Shown here in pieces: positions 41,859 to 56,327 of a stretch of DNA of 64,000 nucleotides (the stretch's first letter is position 1; every line of letters starts with the position of its first letter). Under the pieces are notes generated by a model that saw only the letters and a program-made list of their open reading frames with translations, did no database searches and was not told where the DNA came from. Origin of the DNA: the human T2T-CHM13v2.0 reference genome, Homo sapiens; NCBI RefSeq assembly GCF_009914755.1, contig NC_060928.1. The stretch is one strand, 5' to 3'. The position numbers and the translations under genes were made by a program.

Positions 41859-42525
41859 ACTGTAACTGTTTTTCCTACTTTCTTTTGTATTGTATATTCT
41901 GCTTTGTCTGATTCACTCTGAAGATTTTATTCTAATATACATTTCAAATCACTAATTCTCTCTTAACCTGTTCAATCTGTCATTAACCCATTATTCAGAA
42001 TTGTAATTTATTCACTGTATCTTAACTTTGAAATATCCATTTGTTTACATTTATAGTTTTCAGTTTTAATGTGAAAATTTGAATATCATATTTCACCTCA
42101 AGTGTTGTAAGTTTATTAACATCTGTGCCTGGTAATGCCATTACGTGAATATCCCTTGGTCTTGGCTCTATTGTCTATTGCTACTTGTTTTGTAATTGTG
42201 TTATTTTATTCTCAGTCATGACTAATTAGTTTTGTTGAGTTCTGAATTTAAGTGTGATAAATTTCATATATTTAAGATAATGTCTGCTTCTGTTCTTTAA
42301 TGTGTTATTTTTGCCCCACAAAGACTGCTGTTTAGATACTCAACTTCCAAAAAATCTCTTCTGCACAGTCAACAGCAAGGGTATAGGGGCTCTAAATACT
42401 AGCCTCACCTCTCTAATTTTTCTTCTGTTTTTAAAGTTGGTTTTATTATTCATTTTGTCTTCACTGCATTATGTTTAGATTTTTTTAATTTTAAATAATT
42501 AATTTTAGAAATAGATTTAATGTCA

Positions 42526-42705
<180 letters not shown>

Positions 42706-44482
42706 TTAATGTCAATGTTACCTTGATTTATAAAAAAGTATTTATGTAACTCAAGGCATTTTAGATTTCAGCATATATATTAAGACTTTAGAGTCCATAG
42801 AATTAAATGAACTACTTCTTTATTATGTTTCCATTTATATTTAAAACTTTGTGCATAATTGGAGCAGAGTCGTACTGGAGGGAGCAAAATCAGTATCAAA
42901 ACAAATAAAAATGAGTATGTATTTGTGGTTTAGACTGCTTGAAAATGGAAAATTTAATAGTGATATTAACTTCTCATTCTTTTATGACATTTTGCTATTT
43001 TATTTGATTAGGGATGAAAACAAATTTGTGTATTTGTTAAGACCTATCAGAGATATACTGTGACCTTCATGAGGCTGCTAAAACGAAGATTAAAACTGTG
43101 TCTGCTGAAACAGTATTTTGTTTCTTGGGAAACTTACTGAAACCAAAAAGGATAAATATCTGATTTAAAATGTAAAAAATCTCTAAAATATAAAGGCCTA
43201 TGCTAATTTAAAATTTATTTTTAATGTTAATTATAAACATCTAATTAATCAAATTATTTCTTCCAGATTTTATGAATTTAGAAGACACTAAAATAAAATT
43301 TAGATAATTTGAAGGGAAATATAATACAGGTAACATCAAGTAATTAAAATATAAAATAAATAAAATAGATTGAGGCTATTATTTGGAAAGTGGACAAATT
43401 AATTGCAATTCTCTGTTCCCTTTAATGAAATGTAAATGATTATTAAATTAATCTTTATACCCAAAGTTCTAAAGAATATTGTCTCTGCAGTATACTTAAT
43501 ATTAGTGGTTCTTATTGTAAGCTCTTGCCCATTCCAACATGATAGCAATGCCAATTTGTGAGCATAAATAAATTAGAGCCAATCATGAGATAAATAGTAT
43601 AATGAATGTGACATAAAGACTGAGATGAAGCTTACTGATCATATCATTTAGCAACAGCTAATGAGGAGGCCATCATGTCAATTTGTCCCCCAAATTATAT
43701 AATTCAACTGAAGGATCTTAAACAAATCAAAAGCTTTAATGATTATCTGAAGAAGAACACAGCCATGTCAGAATGCTTAGCTTATCTTAAGAACTGTGGT
43801 TTGAGAAAGAAAAGTGACCCTGGAGTTGTAAATGTTGGTGACAAAAGAATATCATGACAAGCTAGTTTGAGAGCTTAAAGGAAATCTGGAATAATGTGAA
43901 TTCAATTTATCTTTTTGTTCCATAATCATGAATCTCTGTAGGTGATATTTTGGCATATATATAGTATTTATAAGATTATCCTTGTTAAAATCTTCGCTAC
44001 ACAATGTTATTGAGTAGTTCCTGTAAATATTCTGCCAAGCTTAGTAACTATGAGATATTCTTAAACATTTTCAGGAGAAGAATTATGTATTCTCTCCTCT
44101 CACTTGATACACCAAGATCAAAAGCATGTTTATTTATACGTGCCTTTAAAGTTATTAAAACTTAGAAAGTAAATCAAGTACATATTTAAAAAGTTTTTCA
44201 TCTATATCACAGAAAAATACTGTGGTTTTATGTTGCTATTAATTGTTAATGATGGAGAAATTGGTATTGCAATATATACTCTGAATTAGCATAAGCACAG
44301 AAATAATCTTTATAAAAGGCCATGGGAGTAAGTTTAAATTTTCATTACATTTACACTGATTATATCCATGGAATTCATATTTTACACTTTTGAAAAATAA
44401 ACAAGTAGCAGTAAACATTTAAGCTTTTAGACCTTAGAATATTCAGTGCACCTTTTGCATCTCTATTTTAGCAATAATGATC

Positions 44483-45133
44483 TGTAGTAGGTAAATAGAT
44501 AGGCATGAGCGGGACAGGAGGGAGCTCTCCTCCAACCCACTAGAAATGTCGGGTTATGGTTCAGCAATTATCGTAAAAGTGATAATTTGGCAGCCATGGA
44601 GAGACAATCTCCTGATAGTCCACACCTGTTAGCATTAAAAGTGTTAACTGAATGCAGACCCCAGGGAGAGGCAGCTTCTTGGGCATGCGTGTTAACAGAC
44701 AAAATGGCCAAGCATGACATTCCAGGGGCACACGCCACCGTAAAAGGGAAAAAAGCCTCAGATGGGCATGCGTATAACTCCCTAAATACACTGTCCTGCT
44801 CATTTTCCAAGGATAAGGAGAGCACCTGCATACAGAAAGCCCACCATAAGGGAAGAATCATGGGAAAGAGGAGAACCTATAAAGTCCTGGGATCAAAATT
44901 AAAGGCCCTTTTTTCTCTCTTTGGCCTTCAGGCACACACTTGGATCTCTTACAATCGTTTTTTCCTTTTTTTTCCTGTTCTATTTCCACTCCTGCTCTGA
45001 AACTTGCCTCGGTCTCTTTTTCTGCTTTATGCCCCTCTGTTGAATTCTTTCGTCTGAGGAAGCAAGGACGAAAGTTGCTATGGACCTGGTAGGGATACGC
45101 TGCCAGTACCTTGAATCTCTGTCACCGGTAGCA
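44483..45133 (+). mobile_element. LTR9-family (HUERS-P3) ERV1 solo LTR
   Basis: TAGATAGGCATGAGCGGGACAGGAGGGAGCTCTCC, GGGCATGCG twice, CCTATAAAGTCC TATA-like box, CTCCTGCTCTGAAACTTGCCTCGGTCTCT, end CCGGTAGCA. Confidence 0.88.
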
Positions 45134-45434
45134 AGTCTACTACACAAACAGAATGGGTGAATTTATGTGTCCGTTTACCTAAAATAAATTTAAGATGCCC
45201 AGTTATACCTAACTGATGTTAAATTATATCTCGATTAAAATATTTTTATGGAATTAACATTCAGACCTATTTGTGTTGATGGAAATAATTTATTTTTGAA
45301 ATTCTAAAATAAAAAGAAAATTAATATCTTCTTTTTGAACTATGATTTCAGGTATTTTTAAAACTAGTTTAACGATATATTTATTCTGGAGGTTAATTGC
45401 TTTCCAAATGTAATGTAGAGGGTTTTATAAAATG

Positions 45435-45895
45435 ATGAATAAAAATTGCATATACTTATGATATACGACATAATGTTTTGAAACATGTACACATTGTGAA
45501 ATGGCTACAACAAGCTAATTAACACATGCATCACCTCACATATTTATCTGTGGTATGAACACTTAAAATCTACTCTTAGCAATTTTCTGGTACATAGTAC
45601 ATTGTTATTAACGATTTCACCATGCTCCACAATAGATCTGATTGTTTTCTTTCTTGTCTAACTGAAATGTTATATCCTTTGGCCAACATTTCCACAATCT
45701 CCGCACCTAACGATAGTGCCACCAGCCCCTGGGAATCATCCTTCTGCTCTCTGCTTCAAGTTTGACTTTCTGAGATTCCACATAAAGGTTTGATCATGCA
45801 GTTTTTGTCTTTTTGTGCTTGGTTTATTTTACTTAACAGTGTCCACCAAGTTTGTCAATGTTGTCACAAATAACAGGATTTTCTACTTTTTCACA
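45435..45895 (-). mobile_element. L1MA (MA8/MA9-like) 3' end fragment
   Basis: ATAAAAATTGCATATACTTATG, CTAATTAACACATGCATCACCTCACATA, CACTTAAAATCTACTCTTAGCAATTTT, GATTCCACATAAAG. Confidence 0.88.
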
Positions 45896-47439
45896 CATGG
45901 GAGCTTTAAGCATAAGATTCTCTTCAAATGTATACTGTAAACACTGAGGTTTATAGCAATAAAATATTGAAAATTCTGTAGCTCTTTTATAGAGAATAAA
46001 TGTTATGTTTGTATTTAGTCACATATTCTGCATTTTCATTTTGGTACTTTTCAACGTATTTTTAGAAGGAAAAAGAAAGGGCATATATACATTTTAAACT
46101 GCATTTTTCTATAAATGTATCTCCTCTAGAAATGTGGTTATGATACAAAACAAAATGACATGTAGAAGAAAACAATATTGATCACAGAATGAGCTTCAAA
46201 AAAATACTAATATTAAAATAGAAAACATAAAAAGAGGAACAAATGGTAATATGAATCTAAGAATATTAAAAGAGTCAAACTGGGCAAATCAAAAAAGATA
46301 GATCAGAATTGATCAGCATTTTATAATTAATAGATGCTATTTTCAAAAGAGTAGAAATAGTGGTTGAAAATATACTTAACTTTCATTGAACATTGCAACA
46401 TGTTGCATGAATGCAAACTATCATTTTTCCTAAGAAAATAAAACATTAAAAGCAGTAATATATATTCATATATATTATACATGATGAACCTGCATTACAT
46501 TATGTGGGCATTATATTTGGGTATATTTGTGTGTATGTGTGTATCTGGGGGTGTCTGTTTATGAATGAATATGTGGAGAGAGTGACAATTAGTAGCTATT
46601 ATCTCAATATACTGAACTAGGTAGAAGAGAAAGCTAATGTTTAAAACCCACTTCATAAAAGTACTTTACCCTATTTACATAAGTTCTTCTGCAAATTTCA
46701 CTGGTAAGTTCTTCCCTGAAACATTACTGAAAAGGGCCACTATAGAATTCTAAGTAAAGTTCAGTTTTTTTTTAATTTCCTGATTCAAAATCCATTAATT
46801 TCCTTTTTACTCTGTGGGTTCTGCTGACCTTTATAATAATGTGAAAAGTATACCAATAATGAAGAGTAAAGTTAAAAATGAGGTTCTAGCCTAGAAAGAA
46901 ATTCAACCATAATTTTTCTCAAGTAAAACCAATGCCTAGGATTTAGATGCCAATTAAAGGCTTTTAAGTGATAGTGTAACTCATCTCAATGAAAATACAT
47001 TTGCATTGAGTGTTTTCTTAATCACTTTGACATTAATTAAATTCAAATAAATCTTTAAACAAAAATTTATGTGTCTTTTATTTACTTGTTTTTATTTACT
47101 TATGCAATTCACATTAACATAATATTTTAAAATATTTTAAAAAATATTTTTGGCAACCATATATAAGTGAGGAAACTAAGAACCAAAAAAATCTAATGTA
47201 TGTCCTAATGATTTCACAATGATATGACAATCAATCCTTAAATCACTATCTTAAATCACTCAATCACTTTTCCCAAGGATGATGATTCCTAAGCTTTTGG
47301 TTTTCATCATCACACTTTGTGTTTTATTGTGATTTATCTCTGTCTGAATGCAACTCATCCACCTAAAGTTAACATATGCAAATTAAAGAGATTTAATTGC
47401 TGAATTCAAAAATCACAATAGAACTTAAATGGAAACTTA

Positions 47440-47660
47440 CTGATAATAGGTTAACATTTAAAAACTAGCTTCTATGTGTTAGGTCTATTTATACATTATA
47501 TTTTAATCATCACAATTATATTAAGTATTTTATTATTTTCCAAAGGAAGAGATGGAGGCTCAGAAAAAAAAAAATTACCTAAGGTCACACAAACAGTAGG
47601 TAATAGAAAGAGTCAAATTCATGTCTATATGACCTCAAAATCTTTTCTTTGAACTAAACC
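47440..47660 (-). mobile_element. MIR
   Basis: TTTAATCATCACAAT...GAAGAGATGGAGGCTCAGA...TTACCTAAGGTCACACA core. Confidence 0.8.
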
Positions 47661-49039
47661 ATAATAGTAGCTAAAACATTATAGTAATATGATATTCCAT
47701 CAATCAAACTTGTTGCAAAACTGTATTTGGTTAAAAGAGAAGTTGAATGGAAAAATTTCACACAAAATAGCCACTCTTAATGTTGGATCTAAATGATGAA
47801 ACTCACTTTTGCTTTCTTATGTGTGAACTATTTAGAACCATTGCCTAAAAATAAATGTATCCTTAAAATGGAAACATAATTTTAAAAATATTCTTTAAAA
47901 ACCTGCATGTAGGTAGTAATTACATATTATAAGTCCAAACTCCTGCTATTTTCTTGAAAATAAGAATTTTCTTAAATTTCTCCAGCCTTATGAACAAGTC
48001 TATTTTTTCAGTCATGGTCTGTGGAATTTAGTGTTATATATGCTATTATTTCAAATTTATCCTTAAATATTTTATTCACTGTGGTAAGGAAATAAATTTT
48101 ACTGCATATGCAGTAGCTGATCACTAATGAAAATTAACATTTAAAAAATAATCTCGAATTCACCTCTGTTGTATAGCTGCTTTAGAATAATTTAACAAAT
48201 TATTTTAGGAAAGGAATGTGAGTTTGCCTGTAACTAGATTTGACCTCTTTACCAAATTACAGAGTACTTTCAAATTTGTTGACTTCATGGGAGTCCACTT
48301 TATTATCACATTGGATGAACTATTATGAGATCTACTCCTGAGAACCACAGTAGACTACATTTGGATCTGTAAGTTGTACCAGGAACATCATGCTACTTAT
48401 CCTAAAGTTATCTTAGATCAGGGAGAAGAAGTTGCAATGTGCACTGAGGGTTTGGTGAAGCTAATTTTTCCATCCTTTATTATTTTATTTCTGTAGGTAA
48501 TTGTTTATGTTTTATTATAGAAGTCCTTGAAAACATGTTGTGCAAATTTAAGTTGGGTCATCTAAAAATTTATTAATGTTTGTTTTTTTAATTTTTTTAT
48601 TTTTAATAAGGCAATCAGTCAGAGTATAGATAATCATGTATAAGAGCACACACTGAAGTGTTTTCATCAGTTCAGAAATTGGGATCCACCACGTTTAATT
48701 AAATAGACCTGGCAACTTAAATGGTCTCCTTATGCCTATATATGTGAATTTTGTTTTTAAATCTTGGAAGTCTGGAAGTTCCAGACATTAAAAAAATCTG
48801 CATATAGGTAATAATATAAATAATTACTACCTACATATAAGTAATATTTTTTAAAAAAATAGTATAATGATAGAACAGACTTCTAAGAACTGTTAAGACA
48901 ACTAGCTTATATTCCATACGTAAATTATTTAATTCTATGACTTACCAAAAACTGGTATTTGTAGTAATGGGTGGTATAATTATTATGTAAATTATTTAAC
49001 TTGAGAGATAGTTAATATTACTGTCAGATTCATTCGAAG

Positions 49040-49750
49040 TTTAAGAATTATTTGTGCATGCATTTTCTATGAGTCAGAAAATAGTGCTAAACCAATTGGA
49101 TTAAAAGCAAATAAGATTCAATATCTAGCTTTTTAAAAATCAAATTTTCATAGTTAAAACAGAAAGTAACTGCAAAATTACAATAAAGTGTATATATATT
49201 TTGAAGGAAGTAAGTTTAAAGTTTACTATGTGGACACATAACAAGATAGCTACACTCCAACTTGTATGGACAGATTAAAGAAGTCTGTAACTCCCTGTAG
49301 AAGATAATCATTGAGTTGAATCCTGAAAAAAGTATAAGAGCTGGGCAAACAATTGATAAACAGCAAAAGCATGCTGAATATAATCAGGGGCCCTCTAAAA
49401 CCTTAAGAAAGGGACAATGATGTGAGCATTAAGCAACATAAAGCAATTTCAATTCCTTTGTGTAATTTAGGAAGTGACAAGAAACTAGCCTGGATTGTAA
49501 AATTAAGCACTAAATTAAGGAATCTGGGGATATTTTATCTTTGGAGATTGAAATTTACACCAGTAACTTAAAGAATATTTAGATTAAAAAAAGACATAAC
49601 CAGAACTATTTCATAGAAATATTTTTAACCTCACTTTAAATAATAGATTAAAATGAGAGAAAACAAGAGCAGGCAGCCATTAAGACATTGTAAGAAATAT
49701 GGAAGAAAAAGATGGATGGGCTGAACCTGTAAAATGGTTGATGGATTGTT
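49040..49750. mobile_element. Degraded L2 3' region
   Basis: GCATTTTCTATGAGTCAGAAAATAGTGCTAA, AAAGAAGTCT...AGAAGATAATCATTGAGTTGAATCCTGAA, GGCAGCCATTAAGACATTGTA, GATGGGCTGAAC resemble L2 motifs. Confidence 0.55.
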
Positions 49751-52208
49751 GGTAATATGAATAGTAATATTAGACTTAAAATGGACTTAAAAATGATATT
49801 AGTTCTAAATAGTAATAATATTCAGATACATAAACTGATGTCAAAGGCATTGAGGGATTTCACCAGTCACATATCTAATGTTTCTCCCAGGATCTCAGAA
49901 GGGGTAAAGACAGGAGTTTTCTTCCCTGTGATATTCAATGCCATCATTCAAGAAGACCAGTCAACTTGAATTCTAAAACTGAGACAGACTTTCTTGACTC
50001 TTTATTGGTGCTTGTCAGGGAGAATCACAAAGGAGTACTTTTAGAAGGGCTACCCTGCCTATTGGTGTGTAGACCTTAGAGAGCACCATAATTCTAATGA
50101 ACCCTGAAGACTGAAGAGGAACTAAGCTTGTGTACCGAATTGCTGCTAGTTCATATATTTGAAACTAAACTGCTTCTCCTTGGCTTGTGTCCAAGGAAAT
50201 AGAGGTGGCTAAGGTCAGAATTTGAAAAGCTATTTCATGCAGACACAGAAGAGTAAAAATAATGTATTATCTATCATTGTTTATTGACAACTGCCTCAAA
50301 AAGCCCAGCCTGATATGTTTAAATAATAGAAAATGGTATTTATTTTAATATTTGAAACTAACAATGAAAATTATACAATGACACCACAAAATTCAAAGCC
50401 AATACATTAATTCAGAAAAAAATATGGTTATATAACTGTAGAAGAAACGTAATGATCAGCTGAGTAAGGTGGTCTTAATTCATCAGTAATTATTATAAGA
50501 AAATCATTAAATAAAGAAGTTGCCATTATCTCTGGTAGGGAAACAATTAGACTGAGAGCACCCAAGCTCATCCCACTCATGAATCTACAGTACCATTCAC
50601 ATCCTCACTCTTTCCTGAGTCAATGGAACCTTGATAGAAGAGAACTATTTTTTGATACTGACTGAAATTTGAGTTGCTGCAGTTTCTTATTATAAGGGGG
50701 TAGAATTTATTTGTGTGTGTGTGTGTTGTGTGTGAAAAAATAGAGAATGGAAGTCTGTTTATAGGGCCTAAAATAAGCTGCTACATAGAAAGGTATGTGG
50801 GATTGAGAACTGAGTTTATGTGAAGAGAGGGTTTCTATATGAGATATTTTCCTTCAGAAAGTTCAAGTCCTCAATTCCTTTTAACCTGGAACAGAACTAA
50901 AACATGAGAAGGTTAAATATATATTCTCCAGGAAACATGATTCCTTTGTGGAGACAACTGTCTGACAATAGACTGTGGGGTGAATCCAACATGCCCTTGG
51001 ATATGGATTAAGTAATGCACTTAGCAGCAGAGTCAACAAGAATAGAGGCACATGGTCTCCAGGTCTTTGTTATCTCCCCAAGTGGCATGGTAATGCATGG
51101 ACAATATCTTGGACACACGATGGGGTTTCCATCTCTGTGGATGACACTTGTTTTTGTGTTACACTTGCTTCATATGGGACAGGTATAAAAACAATCCCTG
51201 TAGAAGAAAAAAAAAATAGACTTCTTGGGTACCAGAAGTCTAAATACCAGGTATATGCAAAAGATTTCTGAAAAACAGGTGCCCATCATCTGGGAATATT
51301 AAGTCTATGGATAGTGATAATTTTTCTAGCCAGAGGTGTGAGTTCTTCAAACCTGTGAAAGATTAGGCTGTAGTCCCTTCCTAAGGAGAAGAAATAAACC
51401 TCTGATTGTGCAAGCAACCCAGAATAAGCATGTCCACTCTTTACTCTTGCCTCTATTACTTTCAGATCTACATATTTTTTACAATGGTACTTTTAAACAT
51501 CTAGGTTTCTTAATATATCACAGATAATACATTAGATTTAATTTTTAAAATAGATGAACCTATACCTTAATATTTTCTATGTTCATGATGAACTCATTAT
51601 ATATACAATTCACATCATGCTCCAGTATTCTTTCTCATTTTTAATTTATGTTCATGGTTTTGGCATAATATCTGGATGGAAGAAAAAAGCCAAATATATA
51701 TCTATAGCTACTTTAAAAAGACAAGATACAATTATTTAGTGATATAATTGTTTATGTCAGTAGAGAAATCCTCTATATTTTTTCATGTAGTATGAGAAAT
51801 AATTTATTTATTACTGAAATGTATCATAAAAGTAGCAAAGTTTTGACTCTTACCTTTGAAAAGCTCCTCATTATATGGGGCAGAATGAAATATTCAAAGA
51901 ATAGAAAGATAAGTCCAAAAATGGTCTGGAAATTATTAAAATTATTAATTGAAAGATTATCACTGTTTGAAAAGCTACCTTTTAAAAGAATGTTTGACTG
52001 AATTAACAATTTCCAAACTTGGTATTGTAAAGTTTCCAAAGACCAGAAACCGACTGATGACCTTCAATTGGTGATACAGTTTATTCTCAGTCACGTAAAA
52101 CTTGAAACCCAATAACTTCTAATCTGAAAATGTAATAAGATATCCCTTTCAGTTAAATTAGAATAGAAGCAGCAGAGTGATTTTATTATAAGAAGACTTC
52201 ATTCTTTC

Positions 52209-52313
52209 AAATATTTTATGTTTGATATAACATATGAAAATATTTTATGTTTGATATAACATATGAAAATATTTTATGTTTGATATAACAAGTATTTTAT
52301 GTTTGCTATAACA
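52209..52313 (+). repeat. 29-bp AT-rich minisatellite, about 3.6 copies
   Basis: Unit AAATATTTTATGTTTGATATAACATATGA; core TATTTTATG recurs at 52212, 52241, 52270 and 52293. Confidence 0.95.
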
Positions 52314-52589
52314 GGCAGTATTCCATTTTAGCCATTTAGTCAAAAGTTTCCCAATTGAATAGCTTATATACTATGTGAAAACAAAATATATAAACAAATA
52401 TTTTCCCCTTTTCTGTGGCAATGTCATAGGGAAAGGTACTCACGTGACATTGAACTGCAAGCAATACATCTAAATATTACTCTTAAACCAACTTTGGTGA
52501 GATAAATTTGAATTCTGTTTATGATTAATAATAAATACCTAAGATAAGCTTGATATAATAGTCTTCAAATAATATAACTTGTTTGTTCT

Positions 52590-52878
52590 GCTAGGTGCAG
52601 TGTCTCATGCCTGTAATCCCAGCACTTTGGGAGGCCGAGGCTGGTGGATTGCTTGAGGTCAGGAGTTCAAGACCATCCTGGCCAACATGGTGAAACTCCG
52701 TCTCTATTAAAAATACAAAAATTAGCCTGGTATGGTGGCGGCCGCCTGTATTCCCAGCTATAAGGCACGACAATCGCTTGATCCTGGGACAGAGGTTGCA
52801 GTGAGCCAGGATCGCGGCACTGCACTTCAGCCTAGGCGACAGAGGTAGACTCTGTCTCAAAAACAAACAACAGCAACG
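52590..52878 (+). mobile_element. AluS (Sz/Sx-like) with small internal deletions
   Basis: Dimer structure; TSD about AA(T/C)ATAACTT(G/C)TTTGTTCT on both sides. Confidence 0.95.
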
Positions 52879-53599
52879 AATAACATAACTTCTTTGTTCT
52901 GGTAATCATTTTTATGAAAAAAACATGTAAAAATTCAAGGATGACCAAGAGAATTTGACATTGATTTCTAGCTTACTTAAACTAAGAACACAAGACAGAA
53001 TTCCTTGTTCATTGTACTACTTGAATACAGCCACTGTCATATTTTTGTAAGATGATAAACCTGATCTAACTGATCCTTCCCTTCCAAGTGTGTACTGAGG
53101 GAATAACCAAAAATAACCCAGAAAAATACTATAGTCCTTTGACATTGCTCAAGCAGTGCCCATTTCACTGCTCAGGTGTCCATCTCTTTGTGACACACGC
53201 ACGGGCAGAGATATCAAATTCTAGTTGAACTTATACCACTTTATTGTTTTGCCTTAACTTCTTAGTTAGGGTTTTTCTCTTGTGAATGATACAGTTTATA
53301 TGGTTTCTCTATCTTTCAGTGTTATTGTCTCCTTTACAGGAAATCTGGCTCTAGCCCCCAAGGGCTGAAATTGGAAGTTCTCTGCTAGGAGTCTGTCTGT
53401 GCCTCTTATTGTCCCTTATCAAATAGTCCATCTCAGTGCCTTCCTTTGCCCTCCTAATTATTGTCCATCTAGGTTATTCTGTGATGAGCTTCCTGTCCTA
53501 ATTTAAGTATGAAAGACATATTTATCTAGGTACTGGATGCTACCAGTGACAGAATTCAACCATTATCCCCCTTAGGCTTTGCCTTGACTGGAGAGAAAC

Positions 53600-53924
53600 A
53601 TCTAGTCAAAGTTCATGGTCCCTTCTTGGGGCAGCCGAAATTCAGTAACTGATGGATTTCAAGGAATTAGAAAATGAGTGTGTTTATAAAGTCTACAACC
53701 ACGTGCCCTACTTCTGGACAAACTTGAAAGGTTATTCCAGCTTCACTGCTCTATTTTAGATCAGTTGCAGCCTTCACTGACACAGCACTGAATAATTTAT
53801 TTTTCTCACCAATCCAGTTTCCTTCTCTACCTATACACAGATATTGATTCAAAAAGCATTCTCTAATAAACAGTCTAAATCCTAAAGTCTTAGAATTTAC
53901 TTCCCAGTGAACCCAACCTGAGAC
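53600..53924 (+). mobile_element. LTR16-family ERVL LTR remnant
   Basis: 3' end AGCATTCTCTAATAAAC...TACTTCCCAGTGAACCCAACCTGAGAC matches the recalled LTR16 terminus; 5' boundary approximate. Confidence 0.7.
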
Positions 53925-54504
53925 TCTCTAAGATCCAAAAGGCAGTGTATTTTTCCCCTCCGTTGTGTGGTGTAATGCTGGTATCTAGAGAACTGGTTAC
54001 AAATATGTAGAGTCTTCTTCTGTCTGCACCAATGTAGTCTGGAGGCTCTTACATCAATCGAGTCACTAGGGTATGTGTAAAAACAAATCCCCTCAATAAA
54101 TCTGGGATAAAATAATGTGGAACCGTATCTCTCAAAATACAATAAGGTCAGAGATTATACACAAATTTTAACTCTTTGCAATATTCTGCAATCAATTTTT
54201 CATTGAGTAGCATATTAAACACTTTTTTTCCCAATAGAATTCCCATATGCAAAAAAAATAGTGCAAAGAATTTTTCTTTCTTACATATCTTTAACTATAA
54301 ATATTTTTGTTCTGATATGTTTATAATCCAATTAATGAGAAACTGAGACATTTGCTGGCTAACTTTGTAAAGGAGATGTAAAGCCCAGCTAAAAATAGAA
54401 GCTGGAGTTTATCTTGGAAAGTTTTAAGAGAAGGAGATGAAGGTGGGGAACAGTGGCTACTAGTGACAAGTTATTTGGGATGTTCTGTAAACCAACTATT
54501 TGTT

Positions 54505-54645
54505 TTTATATACTGCATTCCAACACAGTAACTGTAGGTGAGGGAAAGTTACTTCATCTCTCTGGGCTTTACTCTTCTTATTTGTAAATGAGTTATAATA
54601 GTATCTACCTCATATGGCTATTGTGAAAATTAAAGAAGAATATAT
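54505..54645 (+). mobile_element. MIR
   Basis: GGGAAAGTTACTTCATCTCTCTGGGC...TTTGTAAATG...ATAATAGTATCTACCTCATATGGCTATTGTGAAAATTAAA. Confidence 0.85.
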
Positions 54646-54650
54646 ATTCA

Positions 54651-54895
54651 GACTGGGTGCAGTGGTTCACGTCTGTAAGGTCGAGGCAGGAGGATCGCTT
54701 GAGGCCAGAAGTTCAAGACGAGCCTGGGCAACAAGGTGAGAGCCTGTCTCAACAAAAAATTTAAAAGAAACTACACAGGAGGTCGAGGAAGATTGCTTTA
54801 GCTGAGGAGGTTGAGGCTACAGTGAGCTATGATTATACCATTGCATTGCAGCCTGGGTGACAGAGCAAGACTCAGTCTGTCTCAAAAAAAAAAAA
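54651..54895 (+). mobile_element. AluJ with internal deletions
   Basis: GAGGCAGGAGGATCGCTTGAGGCCAG, GAGGTTGAGGCTACAGTGAGCTATGAT (J diagnostics), poly(A). Confidence 0.92.
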
Positions 54896-55804
54896 CCAAA
54901 ATGTACTTTCAAAAATTTTAGATGAATCCTAGACTAAGTTGACTGACTTGGTAGGTATTGCTATACTTTTTTAAGAAGCATTTTTATTCTTGTAGAAGAT
55001 TATATAATCCTTTTACTGATTATTTTACCAAAAAAGTTGGTGAGGAATAACCAGTGAGACAGACGATTGCTCACCTAGGAAACATTTATGAATGCCACAG
55101 GAAACCCAGCATTTGTTCTGCCGCCTTTCTTACTTCTCGCAGAGTTCCCATTATGTGTGAAATTTATTTTAAATCAGTCAAGTCAAGATTGAATCTCTTT
55201 GAGAATGATAAGAGTGGTTCCTAAACCTGTATTTTAAATTCTTAATATATTTCCTTATTAGGCAATCCTCAAAAACATTCCTTTAGTAGAACTAGATTTC
55301 AAAAGACAATCCATAAATAGACTATAACATTCCCCACATCACAGCTTCTACATTGGGGGCTTTCAGACTTCAAATGAGATGTGCCTGGGTTCAGTGAATT
55401 AAGTGTTTTAAAACCGTCAGTAATTTTAAAACATTGTTACTATAAACCTAGGTGTTATTAATCAATAAATAAATGCAAGCTAGGTATTAGTTATTATAAG
55501 TATAAATGACTTTAAATTGTCTGTTTGTATTAGCAAGGTTTGCTGTTGTATGCTTTAGACACAAGTATTAAGTTACTTGTATGCTTCTTCCCATTGTGCA
55601 TTAGTATCTTTAACCAAAAGAACTATCACTTCATCAGTCCTATTATCTGTTTCTTCTCCTGCATCCAGACTTATCATATAGCAGTTTTGGAACTATGAAT
55701 TAGTATTTCTAAAACATTATTACCTGCTGCAGAAGCTTGTTTGATGCACTGTTGTTAAATCAATAACAAAGAATGATTTATATTGTTTTCTTGGAAGCCA
55801 AAAT

Positions 55805-56327
55805 TATTAAACTAGCTCAATGCAGTCATAAAGATAGCCACAAAGTTATCTTCCATCTTTCAGGGCTTTTTTTTTAATACAATATGACCTTTCTCCTCCT
55901 ACTTCAAAAGCTGAAATCTAATTCCCTTCCCTTGGCAGGCCTTGTGATTTCTTTGACCAACAGAGTGGAGCAGAAGTAATAGTATGATTTTGCCAGAGCT
56001 AAGTCAGAGAGAAGGCCACTGCTTCTTCTCTCTGGTTCTCTAAGGATGTTTGCTTTGGGGAAAGCTGGCTGCCATGTGGGAAGTCTGACCCCATGGAGAA
56101 CAGCATGCTGGATATGCCACATAGAGCAGTCATTAGCCATGATCAACTGCCAGCCATGAGAGTAAACTGTATCAGATATGGAGTTTCTGTTGGACCTTCT
56201 GATGACCGGAGCCCTTGCTGAGCCCATCCTGAATTCCTGACACACAAAATCATGAGCAATATAAAATGATTTTTTTAAACATAAAGTTTTTGAGGTTTTT
56301 TGTTACACGTAAATAATAACCAGATCA
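55805..56327 (+). mobile_element. MLT1H-like MaLR LTR
   Basis: TTTGACCAACAGAGTGGAGCAGAAGT, GCTGCCATGTGGGAAGTC, CAACTGCCAGCCATGAGAGT, GAATTCCTGACACACAAAATCATGAGC, ATAACCAGATCA. Confidence 0.85.

Noticed and set aside
46394-46407. 14-bp palindrome TGCAACATGTTGCA
   Set aside because: Several palindromes of this length are expected by chance in 64 kb.
50760-51460. GC-richer block, possibly an ancient LTR, with a p53-like half-site CAACATGCCC
   Set aside because: I could not assign a family or termini, and a lone half-site is uninformative.
52209-52313. CRISPR-like array from the 29-bp repeat
   Set aside because: Units are head-to-tail with no spacers, there are no cas genes, and the DNA is primate.
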